A DNA stretch of 64,000 nucleotides from Gammaproteobacteria bacterium (GCA_030147855.1 JASBUO010000044.1:1678-65677); one strand, 5' to 3'. Positions 38,393 through 49,443 are shown, counted from the stretch's first letter. The notes: generated by a model from the letters alone, not told the origin. Numbers and translations: made by a program.

Positions 38393-38552
38393 TAAAACTC
38401 CTAACAATTAAAATAAAGCGTTACCTTCACTCTCGTCATCCCAAACTCGCCCCCTACTCAATCAAGGAAATCTTTCAAGTGGCCTCACCACTTTCTAGAT
38501 GACGTGCTTGTAACATAAAATATGCCTCAACATGATACAGATGAATCCGCTA

Positions 38553-38621
38553 TTAATCTATAAAATAAGCCTGAATGCCTCTGTACATGATAAAAAATCT
38601 GTCATGTACAGAGCTGGCTGC
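38553..38621. repeat. dispersed palindromic intergenic repeat, copy B (perfect 12-bp hairpin)
   Basis: ctctgtacatga (38579-38590) pairs with tcatgtacagag (38602-38613) around an 11-nt loop. The 20-mer at 38602-38621 is identical to 17554-17573. It begins 3 nt beyond the stop of the pilX-like gene. Confidence 0.55.
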
Positions 38622-38624
38622 TCA

Positions 38625-39062
38625 CTAAACTACCCACCAACTCATAAGCCCTTGCGTACTTGAAAAGCGCACTGACAAAATGATATCTGGGTGTGACATC
38701 GCCCATATTGCAAGCACTACTTGCTTATCTACATACCCTAAGATATTCACCCAATATCGATACTTTTTGTTGTCCGACACCATGATGCACCCATACCCCT
38801 TTTTTAGCATGCGCATTGCAACATTCACATCAAGCATTTCACTAGAGCAGTCATCTGATATGTGTACGTTCCCATGCTCTACCCACTTTAAAGCCTCACG
38901 CTCTAGAGCCTCAAATACTTGATACCTAATAGATGCTGTTTGATGTACTTTCGTATACAACCAAACTGCGCGCTGCATTGAAAAAACCAGCGCGGCAACA
39001 AGTGACAGCAATAACACCGTGGTCAATAACACCATACCTTTTAAAGATTTAAATCTGTGCAT
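38625..39062 (-). CDS. PilX-like type IV pilus minor pilin
   Basis: The N-terminal hydrophobic segment KGMVLLTTVLLLSLVAALVFSMQRAVWLY resembles the PilX N-terminal domain. It directly abuts the pilW-like gene. Confidence 0.5.
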   Translation of the reverse strand: MHRFKSLKGMVLLTTVLLLSLVAALVFSMQRAVWLYTKVHQTASIRYQVFEALEREALKWVEHGNVHISDDCSSEMLDVNVAMRMLKKGYGCIMVSDNKKYRYWVNILGYVDKQVVLAIWAMSHPDIILSVRFSSTQGLMSWWVV

Positions 39063-39782
39063 TTACATTCGCGTCCGTGCTTCTAGCGTATATCTTTTTC
39101 CAAGCATTGATACCCATGCTATCCTAAGCGTTATATATCGCTCATGTTTCACCAACTTAAACACCACACTTTTAGCTGCAGCTAGCCAATTTACGCGCTG
39201 CCCTTCAATAAATACTCCTCTTGGCTTTCGAAAGAAAAATGCTTGAGACACCCAAGGCCCTACATAAACTTCCGAAGCATAGGCAAACATTAGTGGCTTT
39301 TTTAAAGTCAGCATATTGCCTGCGCGTGTTACATGTATGCTATCAATATCGTGGACTTCTGCATGTACGCAGTCTGAAATGAGTATAGGATTTTCGGCCT
39401 TTAAATGAACGCCTTTCACGCGTAACATATTGGACGCTAATATGTGCACCAACCCAAACGCTGTTTCGTCCATTTTACGTATCAAAAGCTTTTGACCTGC
39501 TTCTACTTCAATCGCTTTTAGTGCTTCAGGTCGCTCTCGCGTATCAACACGCTTTAGCTGATTCAACCCCACACACGGTGTAAATCCTGCATGATAAACA
39601 CGCCCACGTATCACATCAAATACCCACTGTAGCTCCATCGTTTCATCGAGTACTGCTTGTGTGTGTTGATACTGACGGCTCACTGAAATCACATGCGCCA
39701 CTAAAATAGAGGTCAATACAACCGATACTAAAAAACAAACTAAAAGCTCAGTTAAACTGAAACCCTCCTCATGTTGTTTCAC
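39063..39782 (-). CDS. PilW-like type IV pilus minor pilin
   Basis: Prepilin-type N-terminal motif EGFSLTELLVCFLVSVVL. The GTG start overlaps the upstream ORF's stop (GTGA). Confidence 0.65.
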   Translation of the reverse strand: MKQHEEGFSLTELLVCFLVSVVLTSILVAHVISVSRQYQHTQAVLDETMELQWVFDVIRGRVYHAGFTPCVGLNQLKRVDTRERPEALKAIEVEAGQKLLIRKMDETAFGLVHILASNMLRVKGVHLKAENPILISDCVHAEVHDIDSIHVTRAGNMLTLKKPLMFAYASEVYVGPWVSQAFFFRKPRGVFIEGQRVNWLAAAKSVVFKLVKHERYITLRIAWVSMLGKRYTLEARTRM

Positions 39783-39940
39783 TCATGCGCCTCAGAAACA
39801 CCAATAATTCGCACCTCATGCAAACACCGTGCAATTTCAGCTTGTTTCTTTAAAAGTAATGACATGCCCCCCGATATCAGGACAAGCGATACCAAAACTT
39901 CTGTCAACGAAAAACCACGCATCCATGCCTGTATTTCCAT
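39779..39940 (-). CDS. 53-aa pilin-like ORF (prepilin N-terminal helix only; PilV/FimT-like remnant?)
   Basis: Not in the ORF track because it is under 60 aa. My translation is MEIQAWMRGFSLTEVLVSLVLISGGMSLLLKKQAEIARCLHEVRIIGVSEAHE. It has the RGFSLTEVLV prepilin motif. Its ATG overlaps the capD-like stop (TAATG) and its stop overlaps the pilW-like GTG. Confidence 0.4.
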   Translation of the reverse strand: MEIQAWMRGFSLTEVLVSLVLISGGMSLLLKKQAEIARCLHEVRIIGVSEAHE

Positions 39941-41823
39941 TATGCGAACTCAACTTGCTCCGTTTGCTCTGTTTGTTCCGCTTGCTCTGGTTTGAACTCA
40001 GGCACCAAGCTTTTTAACAAAACAAGAATTTCATTGTTTTCATGTGTATTACATGCTGTTTGGAGTAACTGAAATGTTTTTGTGAGCTCATCCCAATCAA
40101 TCTTTCTAAAACGCGCTTTAAATAATTTCTCATGAGATGTCTGTGCAAGCTTCTCAGATGGATGAAATAACTCTTCAAACAATTTTTCCCCTGGCCTTAA
40201 TCCCGTATATTGAATTTGAATATCTTCTCCAGGCTTTTTACCTGCAAGCCGAATCATCTGCTCTGCCAGATAAGTAATTTTAATGGGATCTCCCATGTCC
40301 AGCACAAAAATCTCTCCCCCACTCCCATTAACCATCGCTTGTAAAATTAACTGGCTTGCTTCAGGGATAGTCATAAAGTAACGCTGAATATTTGGATGTG
40401 TAACAGTTAGGGGGCCCCCTGCTTCTAGTTGCTTCTGAAACAATGGAACAACACTACCAATAGAGCCCAGCACATTGCCAAAACGCACTGTCACAAACTG
40501 TGTGTTTACACGCTCATTTATATTTTGACAATAAATTTCTGCCACTCGTTTAGTCGTTCCCATTACATTGGTTGGGTTAACTGCCTTATCAGTTGAAATC
40601 AATATAAATTTTTCAGCATTCACCGCAATACTTGCTTCAGCAACAATGCGTGTGCCTAACACGTTGTTTCGCACCGCAACCCGCGTTTGATGTTCAAGCA
40701 TTGGTACATGTTTATACGCTGCAGCATGAAAAATAATTGATGGCTTAAATGCTTCAAACACAGCCTGCACTGCAACCTTATCAACAACACTCACCAGAGC
40801 CGTTTGAGTAATAACTTCTGGAAACTTGATCTTTAATTCACTTTCAATATGATATAAATTCGCTTCGCTATTATCTAATAACACCAGCTGACTCGGCTGC
40901 AACATGGCGACTTGTCTGCATAGCTCCGAGCCAATAGACCCGCCAGCACCCGTCACGAGCACGGAACGGTTCTGAATACCCGCTTCAATTTTACCCCACT
41001 CAAGGCTAACCTGGTCACGTCCCAATAAATCTTCAATATTAACCGTCTTTAGTGTATTAATTTCCACACGTCCAGAGGTCATTTCATCCAAGCTGGGTAA
41101 TGTTCGAAACGGTATGTCACAATTCTCACAATACCCAACAATGCGTCGCATATCTGCGCCACCAATCGATGGAATCGCAATGACAATTAAGTTTGCTTCG
41201 CATTGCACCGCAAGTTCGGACAATTGTGGAACCGTTCCAAGGACACGTACACCATGTACTTCAAGCCCTCTTTTTTTCCTTTGGTCATCTATCAGTCCAA
41301 CTGGCACATACTCTTTAGTACGCTTCATCTCACGAATAAGGCTTTCACCCGCACTACCCGCCCCAACTACTAACACACGCTTAATCGCTTCGGCGGCATC
41401 CTGGCGTCTATCGTATCTATCCTTTCGGTAACGCAAAGATAAGCGCGCACCACATAATAAACTCACAAGCATTAAAGCATGTAGCGGCAACACAGCCGGT
41501 GGAATAATTTGAAACCAAGAGAGCATATAAAATACTGGTACAGCCACCAAAGTTGCTGTAAGCACCGACTTTAAAATACGCCCAACATCATTTATCGAAG
41601 AAAAACGCCAAAACCCTCGATACACCCTAAACACATAATAACTCGCCACTTGAATTAAGGTTAATACAAGTAACGGTTGCCAATCTGCAAACAAAACATG
41701 CGCATCAAATGTAAAACCGGAGGCTACAAACCACGCAACAGGAATAGCTAATACATCAAAAAAAATAACGGGCAATTTAAGATATAACTTCTGAAAAAAA
41801 GAATTTTTTAGCTCCATGCTCAC
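39940..41823 (-). CDS. polysaccharide biosynthesis protein, CapD/WbpM/PglF-type membrane-bound NDP-sugar 4,6-dehydratase/epimerase
   Basis: Four N-terminal TM helices, two Rossmann motifs (VLVVGAGSAGESL and VLVTGAGGSIGSEL), and the SDR-type YKHVP. Confidence 0.85.
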   Translation of the reverse strand: MSMELKNSFFQKLYLKLPVIFFDVLAIPVAWFVASGFTFDAHVLFADWQPLLVLTLIQVASYYVFRVYRGFWRFSSINDVGRILKSVLTATLVAVPVFYMLSWFQIIPPAVLPLHALMLVSLLCGARLSLRYRKDRYDRRQDAAEAIKRVLVVGAGSAGESLIREMKRTKEYVPVGLIDDQRKKRGLEVHGVRVLGTVPQLSELAVQCEANLIVIAIPSIGGADMRRIVGYCENCDIPFRTLPSLDEMTSGRVEINTLKTVNIEDLLGRDQVSLEWGKIEAGIQNRSVLVTGAGGSIGSELCRQVAMLQPSQLVLLDNSEANLYHIESELKIKFPEVITQTALVSVVDKVAVQAVFEAFKPSIIFHAAAYKHVPMLEHQTRVAVRNNVLGTRIVAEASIAVNAEKFILISTDKAVNPTNVMGTTKRVAEIYCQNINERVNTQFVTVRFGNVLGSIGSVVPLFQKQLEAGGPLTVTHPNIQRYFMTIPEASQLILQAMVNGSGGEIFVLDMGDPIKITYLAEQMIRLAGKKPGEDIQIQYTGLRPGEKLFEELFHPSEKLAQTSHEKLFKARFRKIDWDELTKTFQLLQTACNTHENNEILVLLKSLVPEFKPEQAEQTEQTEQVEFA

Positions 41824-41925
41824 TACCCCATCAACTCCATTACTTGCATTTTACTACAGGCGTTACCTCTCAATCATCATTTACTTTGAAAAGATTATGC
41901 CATAGGCAACGCCCAAACAGCCGCC

Positions 41926-42657
41926 TCAAAGAAAACTATATTGAATACCGAGCATTGCTGAAGCAAATGGTGGGGGCCCCATACTCAATTCTGAACGACG
42001 AACTCGATTAGTGTTGGATGCCACATCACTGATGGTTGCCTGTACTCCCCAGCCCGCCACATATAAACAAGATAAAGAGACACCTAACTGCTTCGTTACA
42101 TTATAAATAAGCCCACCTTTAATTTCTGGCAAAATAACTGACTTCGCATCCAGCTGCGTATGACTCGTCACAATACTATTATCTGGCAAGGCTCGTCTTA
42201 TGCTTCTTGTATAACCCTGCCTCAATGTTTCAAGCATTGCGCCAGCTTTAGCAAAAAAATCGATTTTACTAACAGGCTTCCATATGCCCACTAAAAGATC
42301 AAAACCATATACTTTATTAGAAGCTGATACACTGATTATTTGGCTCTGGTAGTACTCATACAAGGTAGTGGCATAACTTCCCCAGCCGCCCTCAACACTC
42401 ATAATAAAACTGTCGTTATAGTACTGTTGAAACATGCCAATAGAAACACGTCCACCGTAGGGTCGTGTGGTTGGTTTCCCCGACACACTATTTGCAAAGG
42501 GGGTATCTGTACCATCCCAGGAATAACTTCCTTCTAACGCTGCAAAAATTGTGGCGTCATGTGTATTATCTGTAAGTGCTTCGCCCATTTTACCCGCATA
42601 TACTGGCGATAACATGATGCTTCCCGCCAGCAAAGCAGCTTGTTTCAGTTGCCGCAT
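41926..42657 (-). CDS. outer-membrane beta-barrel protein (resembles the Legionella MOMP-like porin family as I recall it)
   Basis: Signal peptide ending VYAGKMG, alternating beta-strand pattern, and aromatic C-terminus IQYSFL. It is a paralog of the ORF at 59946-60713 (SYAGTMG). Confidence 0.6.
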   Translation of the reverse strand: MRQLKQAALLAGSIMLSPVYAGKMGEALTDNTHDATIFAALEGSYSWDGTDTPFANSVSGKPTTRPYGGRVSIGMFQQYYNDSFIMSVEGGWGSYATTLYEYYQSQIISVSASNKVYGFDLLVGIWKPVSKIDFFAKAGAMLETLRQGYTRSIRRALPDNSIVTSHTQLDAKSVILPEIKGGLIYNVTKQLGVSLSCLYVAGWGVQATISDVASNTNRVRRSELSMGPPPFASAMLGIQYSFL

Positions 42658-42686
42658 AAAAAACTCCTTTTAGCCTAAATCACTTC

Positions 42687-44837
42687 TCAAGAAATACACA
42701 ACCTTTCTGCGAGCTTTGTCAAACGACCAGCTTCTTTGTCGTTATGTACTGCCATTCCTATAGCCTTTTTTTGACCAATCAACACCACATGTCGCTTCCC
42801 ACGTGTAATGCCTGTATACAACAAATTTCGAGCAAGTAACGTAAAGTGCTGAGTTGCAAGTGGGATTACAACCACCGGAAACTCAGAACCCTGCGATTTA
42901 TGAATGCTAATTGCATATGCCAAGCTTACTTCATCAAGCTCATTAAAACTATAAGTTTTTAAACTTCCATCAAATACTATGTGTAACTCGCTCTCTTCTA
43001 TATTAACGCTTTTAATACAGCCAATATCACCATTAAACACATCTTTGTCATAATTATTACGCATCTGAATGACTTTATCGCCTGGTGCATAGACCGACCC
43101 AAACCGCTCCACTTTAGGGGTTGCGTGACCATTTAACTTTTCTTGCAAGGTCGCATTTAAGCTCCGTGCACCAAGCCCCCCACGATTCATCGGCGTTAAC
43201 ACTTGAATATCTTGAATTGGATCGTAGCCATACCGCCTCGATAAACGATGTGTTACTACTTCAACTAATTTAGTATGAATGGCTTCAGGTGTGTCTGTAT
43301 ACAACGTAAAAAAGTCACTTTGAGGCGAGTCATAAGATTTTGGCATGCGTCCCTCGTTGACTCGATGCGCATTTACAATAATATGTGAATGTGCTGCTTG
43401 CCTAAAAATTTCAGTCAGTCTCACTGTTGCAATTACACCTGATGTGATTAAATCTGATAATACAGCCCCGGAACCAACCGATGGTAACTGGTCAATATCT
43501 CCCACAAAAATCACGGCTGTATCTAAGTGTATTGCCTTCACCAAATGGTGTAACAGCACAACATCAATCATGGATGCTTCATCAATAATCAACACATCAA
43601 GTGGCAATAAATTATTTTGATGATGCTTAAACCCATAGGTTTTCATATCAAAGTCCAGTAAACGATGAATAGTTTTAGCTTCCATTCGTGTCGTTTCTGT
43701 CAAACGTTTCGCCGCACGCCCGGTTGGCGCACAAAGGCCAATTCGAAGTGATTTCGCTTCAAGAATACCCAATAAACTTTTAACAATCGTGGTTTTACCC
43801 ACACCAGGGCCACCCGTCATAATTGAAAGCTTTGATTTTAACACTATACCAATGGCATCACGCTGAGAGTCTGACAATGCAAGTGCGGTTTGCTTCTCAA
43901 CCCATGGAATCACTTTTTCAACATCAACCTCACTCCATGGCGGTATGCCTGTGTTCAATCGTCTTAATTGCGCTGCTGCATTAATTTCTGCAGTATATAA
44001 AGAAGCTGGATAGACACACGGAACATCGCGAATCGTATCCGTCATTAAGGTTTCTTCTTTCAATTCTGCTTCAAGTGCGTGTTCAATCACATCTTTGGGG
44101 ATATCTAGTAGTTTTACACTCGCATCAACCAACTGTATCCGCTCAACTGCACAATGCCCGCTATCACAAAGCTCTTGCAACACATGTAGCACCCCCGCTT
44201 GCGCACGCACGAGTGCATCTTTTGCAATCCCTAACTTCTCTGCTAAGTTATCTGCCGTTTTGAAACCAATGCCATGGATATCACGCGCTAAACGATAAGG
44301 ATTTTCTTCAACCAGTTGAACCGCTTTGTCGCCATAGGTTTTATAAATTCGAACGGCGCGTGCACTACCGACCCCGTGACCATGCAAAAACACCATAATA
44401 CTGCGAATTGCTTTTTGCTCAGCCCAAGCCGATAAAACTTGTGCTTTTCTTTTTTCACCAATGCCTTCAAGCTCTAACAGACGATACGGGGCTTTTTCTA
44501 TTACATCAAACACCGCCACCCCAAAGGCAGCCACCAACTTTTTCGCAAAATGCGGACCAATGCCTTTCACCATGCCCGAGCCTAAATATTTCTCAATGCC
44601 TTCAAGGGTGGTTGGTTGCACTGCCTTTAATGTGTCGGCTTTAAATTGTAGGCCATGCTTTTTATCATTAACCCATGCACCTCGACACTCAATGTATTCA
44701 CCCGCTGTAATAGAGGGCACACTTCCGATGACCGTCACAATATCTCGGTTGCCTTTTGCCTTCACACGCAATACACAAAAACCGGTACTCTCACTATGAA
44801 ATGTGACACGTTCAATAGCGCCTTGTAATTGCTCCAT
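42687..44837 (-). CDS. RecD2-type SF1 DNA helicase (RecD/TraA family)
   Basis: N-terminal OB-like MEQLQGAIERVTFHSESTGFCVLRV, HhH repeats, Walker A GGPGVGKTT, Walker B IIDEASMID, and C-terminal SIHKSQGSEF. Start trimmed to ATG 44837. Confidence 0.85.
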   Translation of the reverse strand: MEQLQGAIERVTFHSESTGFCVLRVKAKGNRDIVTVIGSVPSITAGEYIECRGAWVNDKKHGLQFKADTLKAVQPTTLEGIEKYLGSGMVKGIGPHFAKKLVAAFGVAVFDVIEKAPYRLLELEGIGEKRKAQVLSAWAEQKAIRSIMVFLHGHGVGSARAVRIYKTYGDKAVQLVEENPYRLARDIHGIGFKTADNLAEKLGIAKDALVRAQAGVLHVLQELCDSGHCAVERIQLVDASVKLLDIPKDVIEHALEAELKEETLMTDTIRDVPCVYPASLYTAEINAAAQLRRLNTGIPPWSEVDVEKVIPWVEKQTALALSDSQRDAIGIVLKSKLSIMTGGPGVGKTTIVKSLLGILEAKSLRIGLCAPTGRAAKRLTETTRMEAKTIHRLLDFDMKTYGFKHHQNNLLPLDVLIIDEASMIDVVLLHHLVKAIHLDTAVIFVGDIDQLPSVGSGAVLSDLITSGVIATVRLTEIFRQAAHSHIIVNAHRVNEGRMPKSYDSPQSDFFTLYTDTPEAIHTKLVEVVTHRLSRRYGYDPIQDIQVLTPMNRGGLGARSLNATLQEKLNGHATPKVERFGSVYAPGDKVIQMRNNYDKDVFNGDIGCIKSVNIEESELHIVFDGSLKTYSFNELDEVSLAYAISIHKSQGSEFPVVVIPLATQHFTLLARNLLYTGITRGKRHVVLIGQKKAIGMAVHNDKEAGRLTKLAERLCIS

Positions 44838-44847
44838 AGATGATGTC

Positions 44848-45612
44848 TTACACTGGATTATCACTGTCAATAAACGTATGTTCTAAAGCAAATCGCTCAG
44901 CCAAATGCTCACCTAACGCCCGAATACCATCCCTTTCAGTTGCATGATGCCCACATGCAAAATAATGTAATCCAAGCTCTTTAGACTGATAATAGGTACG
45001 CTCAGAAATTTCACCACTTAAATAGGCATCCACACCTAAGCGACTTGCTTCCTCAATTAAGTCTTGTGCGCCCCCCGTACAAAAAGCAACCGTTCGAATC
45101 AGTTTTTTGCTACCTGAAACACATTGAGGGGTTCGGTTATAAATGTGATGCAGCATGGTTGTGAATGCATCCGTTGTCATTGCTTTAGGTAACACACCTG
45201 TCCATAACAAGTTTGGCGTACCCATCGCTGTATGGCTTTTTAAGTCAGATACATTAAGCCGCTTTGCCATACAAGCGTTATTCCCTAATTCAAGGTGGCA
45301 ATCAACCGGTAGATGGTATGCTAGCAAATTCATATCATGTTTTAATAAGTGCATAATGCGCGCGCGCTTCATCCCTGAAATTTGGGGTGCCTCTCCCCGC
45401 CAAAAATAACCATGATGCACGAGCAATGCATCCGCTTTATCTTTAGATGCTTTTTGAATGACATCTATCGATGCGGTCACAGCAGTTCTAATACGATGAA
45501 TCTTTAAGCATCCCTCAACTTGCAATCCATTCGGTGCATAATCTTTAAAAGTATCTACTGAAAGATATGCACTTAAATACTCCAAAAGCTCTGTACGAGA
45601 GGCCATATACAT
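44848..45612 (-). CDS. Nif3-like dinuclear metal centre protein (YbgI family)
   Basis: DYAPNGLQVEG, LLVHHGYFW and CGHHATE motifs. Start at M31 (45612) by comparison with the YbgI N-terminus. The tracked extension to 45702 runs through intergenic palindromes. Confidence 0.85.
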   Translation of the reverse strand: MYMASRTELLEYLSAYLSVDTFKDYAPNGLQVEGCLKIHRIRTAVTASIDVIQKASKDKADALLVHHGYFWRGEAPQISGMKRARIMHLLKHDMNLLAYHLPVDCHLELGNNACMAKRLNVSDLKSHTAMGTPNLLWTGVLPKAMTTDAFTTMLHHIYNRTPQCVSGSKKLIRTVAFCTGGAQDLIEEASRLGVDAYLSGEISERTYYQSKELGLHYFACGHHATERDGIRALGEHLAERFALEHTFIDSDNPV

Positions 45613-45757
45613 TCCATTTTGACTAACATTCAACACGTGAAGCATGTCATCCTGACAGTGGTTTTGACACTTGAAAAAGCTCTTTGGCTTGGCAAAGGTC
45701 ATCCTCAGGAGGTTCTTCGCCGTGAAAGGCTCAGGATGACTGAGTAGGGCGTTACAA

Positions 45758-47256
<1,499 letters not shown>

Positions 47257-47264
<8 letters not shown>

Positions 47265-47553
47265 CCACCAATTCTCCTAAAAATAAATGTGCTATACCGC
47301 AAAATGTAGCTAAATCAACCATTGCATCGGGCATGTTTTTAATGAACAACCGGCAATGCTTCAACGCACATAGGCGTTTCGCTTCAACCAATAGCGCAAG
47401 ACCTGCTGTATCGCACTCTAAAACCTTACTCAAATCCATTACAAAATCTGCTGTCGTATTCGCATTCAACAAAGCAGAAAATCGCTTTAAATCTGACGAA
47501 ACGGTATAAAACGTCAAAATTTCAACCGGAAAAAACACCATGGGCTCTTGCAT
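47257..47553 (-). CDS. mlaB: STAS-domain protein MlaB
   Basis: 98 aa. STAS-like sequence (LDLSKVLECDTAGLALLVEAKR) at the conserved position after mlaC. Confidence 0.65.
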
Positions 47554-48167
47554 TAAGCGGCCTCTTTTGGGCGACCTTGTGCTTCTAATTCAGCAATCAA
47601 GGTGTTCATATCCGACATTCTAAGTATTTGCCCAAACTGTGTTTTAAAGCTCTGTAAAAGGCTAACGCCCTCAACGCTAAAGTCGTAAATCTTCCACGTT
47701 CCTTGTTTAAGCACCAAGCTATAGCTGAGCGGGATTCTCTGGCCACTTGGACGGATTATAACACTATTTACACGTGTAAAGCGCCCGCTAGGTGCAGCAC
47801 GCTCAGGTAAAAACATAATTTTTTCATTAGAGTACTCTGCGAGAGGTGCTGAATAAGTACGTACCACAAGGTCTGTAAATGCCTGAGTAAAACGTTTCTG
47901 CTCAACATCTGTTGCTCGAACCCAAGCCGCTCGACCTAAAACTGAACGTGCCATTCCCTGCACATCAATGTGTGGTAATAAATGCTCGCGCACGGTCTGC
48001 TGGACAATGCGAGGATTACTTTTCAATTGCCCCTTATTTTTATCAAGCACCTGAACAATGTCATCTGCTGTTTTCTCAAGCATTGGAACAGGAGATGCGG
48101 TCGATGCCCATCCTACTATCGTTATACTCAAAAAAAGCACCCCTAATAACCAGCGTCCCTTAAACAT
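47553..48167 (-). CDS. mlaC: phospholipid-binding periplasmic protein MlaC
   Basis: Signal peptide MFKGRWLLGVLFLSITIVGWA and Ttg2D/MlaC-like sequence (LLPHIDVQGMARSVLGRAAW). Start trimmed to ATG 48167. Confidence 0.8.
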   Translation of the reverse strand: MFKGRWLLGVLFLSITIVGWASTASPVPMLEKTADDIVQVLDKNKGQLKSNPRIVQQTVREHLLPHIDVQGMARSVLGRAAWVRATDVEQKRFTQAFTDLVVRTYSAPLAEYSNEKIMFLPERAAPSGRFTRVNSVIIRPSGQRIPLSYSLVLKQGTWKIYDFSVEGVSLLQSFKTQFGQILRMSDMNTLIAELEAQGRPKEAA

Positions 48168-48177
48168 ATTTACTCTC

Positions 48178-48660
48178 CTAAGATGCTTTCGCATTAAATA
48201 ATAGCTGACCAATAAGATTCTCTAAAATTACAGCTTCTTGCGTTTTTTCAATCATATCACCCTCTTTTAAAAAAGGATGCTCGGGATTATCTTCAAACCC
48301 TGGCACAATACTAATATAGTTTGAACCAAGCAGGCCTTCGGTCAAAATACGCGCTGAGGCATCTTCGTAGGGTATTGGTTTATTTTTTGCAAGCTGCATC
48401 GTTACTTTTGCATTGAGTCGACCTGGCTCAAGCGCAATATTGGTTACTTCCCCAACTTTAACGCCCGAAACCGTCACTGGTGCACGTACCTTAAGCCCCC
48501 CAATATTCGCAAAATCGGCAGTAACCCGATACGTTTTAGTATTATTTAATGAATCAACACCACTCACCTTAAATACCATCACAAGGAATGCTAAAAAACC
48601 CAATATCATTAAGAAGCCAACCGCTAAGTCAAGCCCATAGCGCCTTTTTTGCATCGTCAT
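48178..48660 (-). CDS. mlaD: outer membrane lipid asymmetry maintenance protein MlaD (MCE domain)
   Basis: N-terminal TM plus an MCE domain (YRVTADFANIGGLKVRAPVTVSGVKVGEV). Confidence 0.85.
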   Translation of the reverse strand: MTMQKRRYGLDLAVGFLMILGFLAFLVMVFKVSGVDSLNNTKTYRVTADFANIGGLKVRAPVTVSGVKVGEVTNIALEPGRLNAKVTMQLAKNKPIPYEDASARILTEGLLGSNYISIVPGFEDNPEHPFLKEGDMIEKTQEAVILENLIGQLLFNAKAS

Positions 48661-49443
48661 TTACCATCCTCCAATCATGAGCGCCGTCAATAAAAAATCA
48701 AATCCTAAAATTAGTAAAGAAGCATACACAACCGAGCGCGTTGTGGCCTGGCTAATCCCTTCTGCTGTAGGTATGCAAGACACTCCTTGAAACACAGCAA
48801 CCCATGTCACCAAAAACGCAAAAACAACGCTCTTAGTCATGCCACTTAAAACGTCCAGCCTAAAATTCACGGCTGATTGCATATTAGACCAAAAACTACC
48901 TGCATCAACCCCTAAACGCTCGACGCCTACAAAATATCCGCCATAAACAGCAACCGCTGAAAAAATCAGGGTTAGCACTGGTAACGCAATGAGACCGGCC
49001 AAAAAACGCGGGTAAACAACACGCGAAAGAGGATCAACCCCCATCATATCCATACTTGCTAACTGTTCAGTTGTTTTCATTAACCCGATTTCTGCCGTCA
49101 GAGCTGAACCTGCACGCCCTGCAAATAAAAGTGCCGCAACAACAGGCCCCAACTCTCGAGAGATACTCAGTGCCAACAGTTGCCCCAATTGACTCGTAGC
49201 ACCAAACTTTTCAAGTGTATGATGTCCTTGTAAGCCCACCACCATACCAATAAAAAGGCCAGATACCACAATCACAACGAAAGAAAGCACTCCAACAAAA
49301 TAAAGTTGCTGCCATATATTAGGTAGTAGCTTTTTAAACTTTGGAAAACGCCATACTAGACGCCATAAAAAATACCCAGAAGCTCCTAAGCGCTCAAGCA
49401 TGCTCATACCAACTTGGCCCAGTGCATCAATCTGACTAAGCAT
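48661..49443 (-). CDS. mlaE: ABC transporter permease MlaE
   Basis: The 260-aa form starting MLSQIDALGQVGMSMLERLG matches MlaE length and N-terminus. Its ATG overlaps the mlaF end (ATGCTTAG). Confidence 0.9.
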   Translation of the reverse strand: MLSQIDALGQVGMSMLERLGASGYFLWRLVWRFPKFKKLLPNIWQQLYFVGVLSFVVIVVSGLFIGMVVGLQGHHTLEKFGATSQLGQLLALSISRELGPVVAALLFAGRAGSALTAEIGLMKTTEQLASMDMMGVDPLSRVVYPRFLAGLIALPVLTLIFSAVAVYGGYFVGVERLGVDAGSFWSNMQSAVNFRLDVLSGMTKSVVFAFLVTWVAVFQGVSCIPTAEGISQATTRSVVYASLLILGFDFLLTALMIGGW

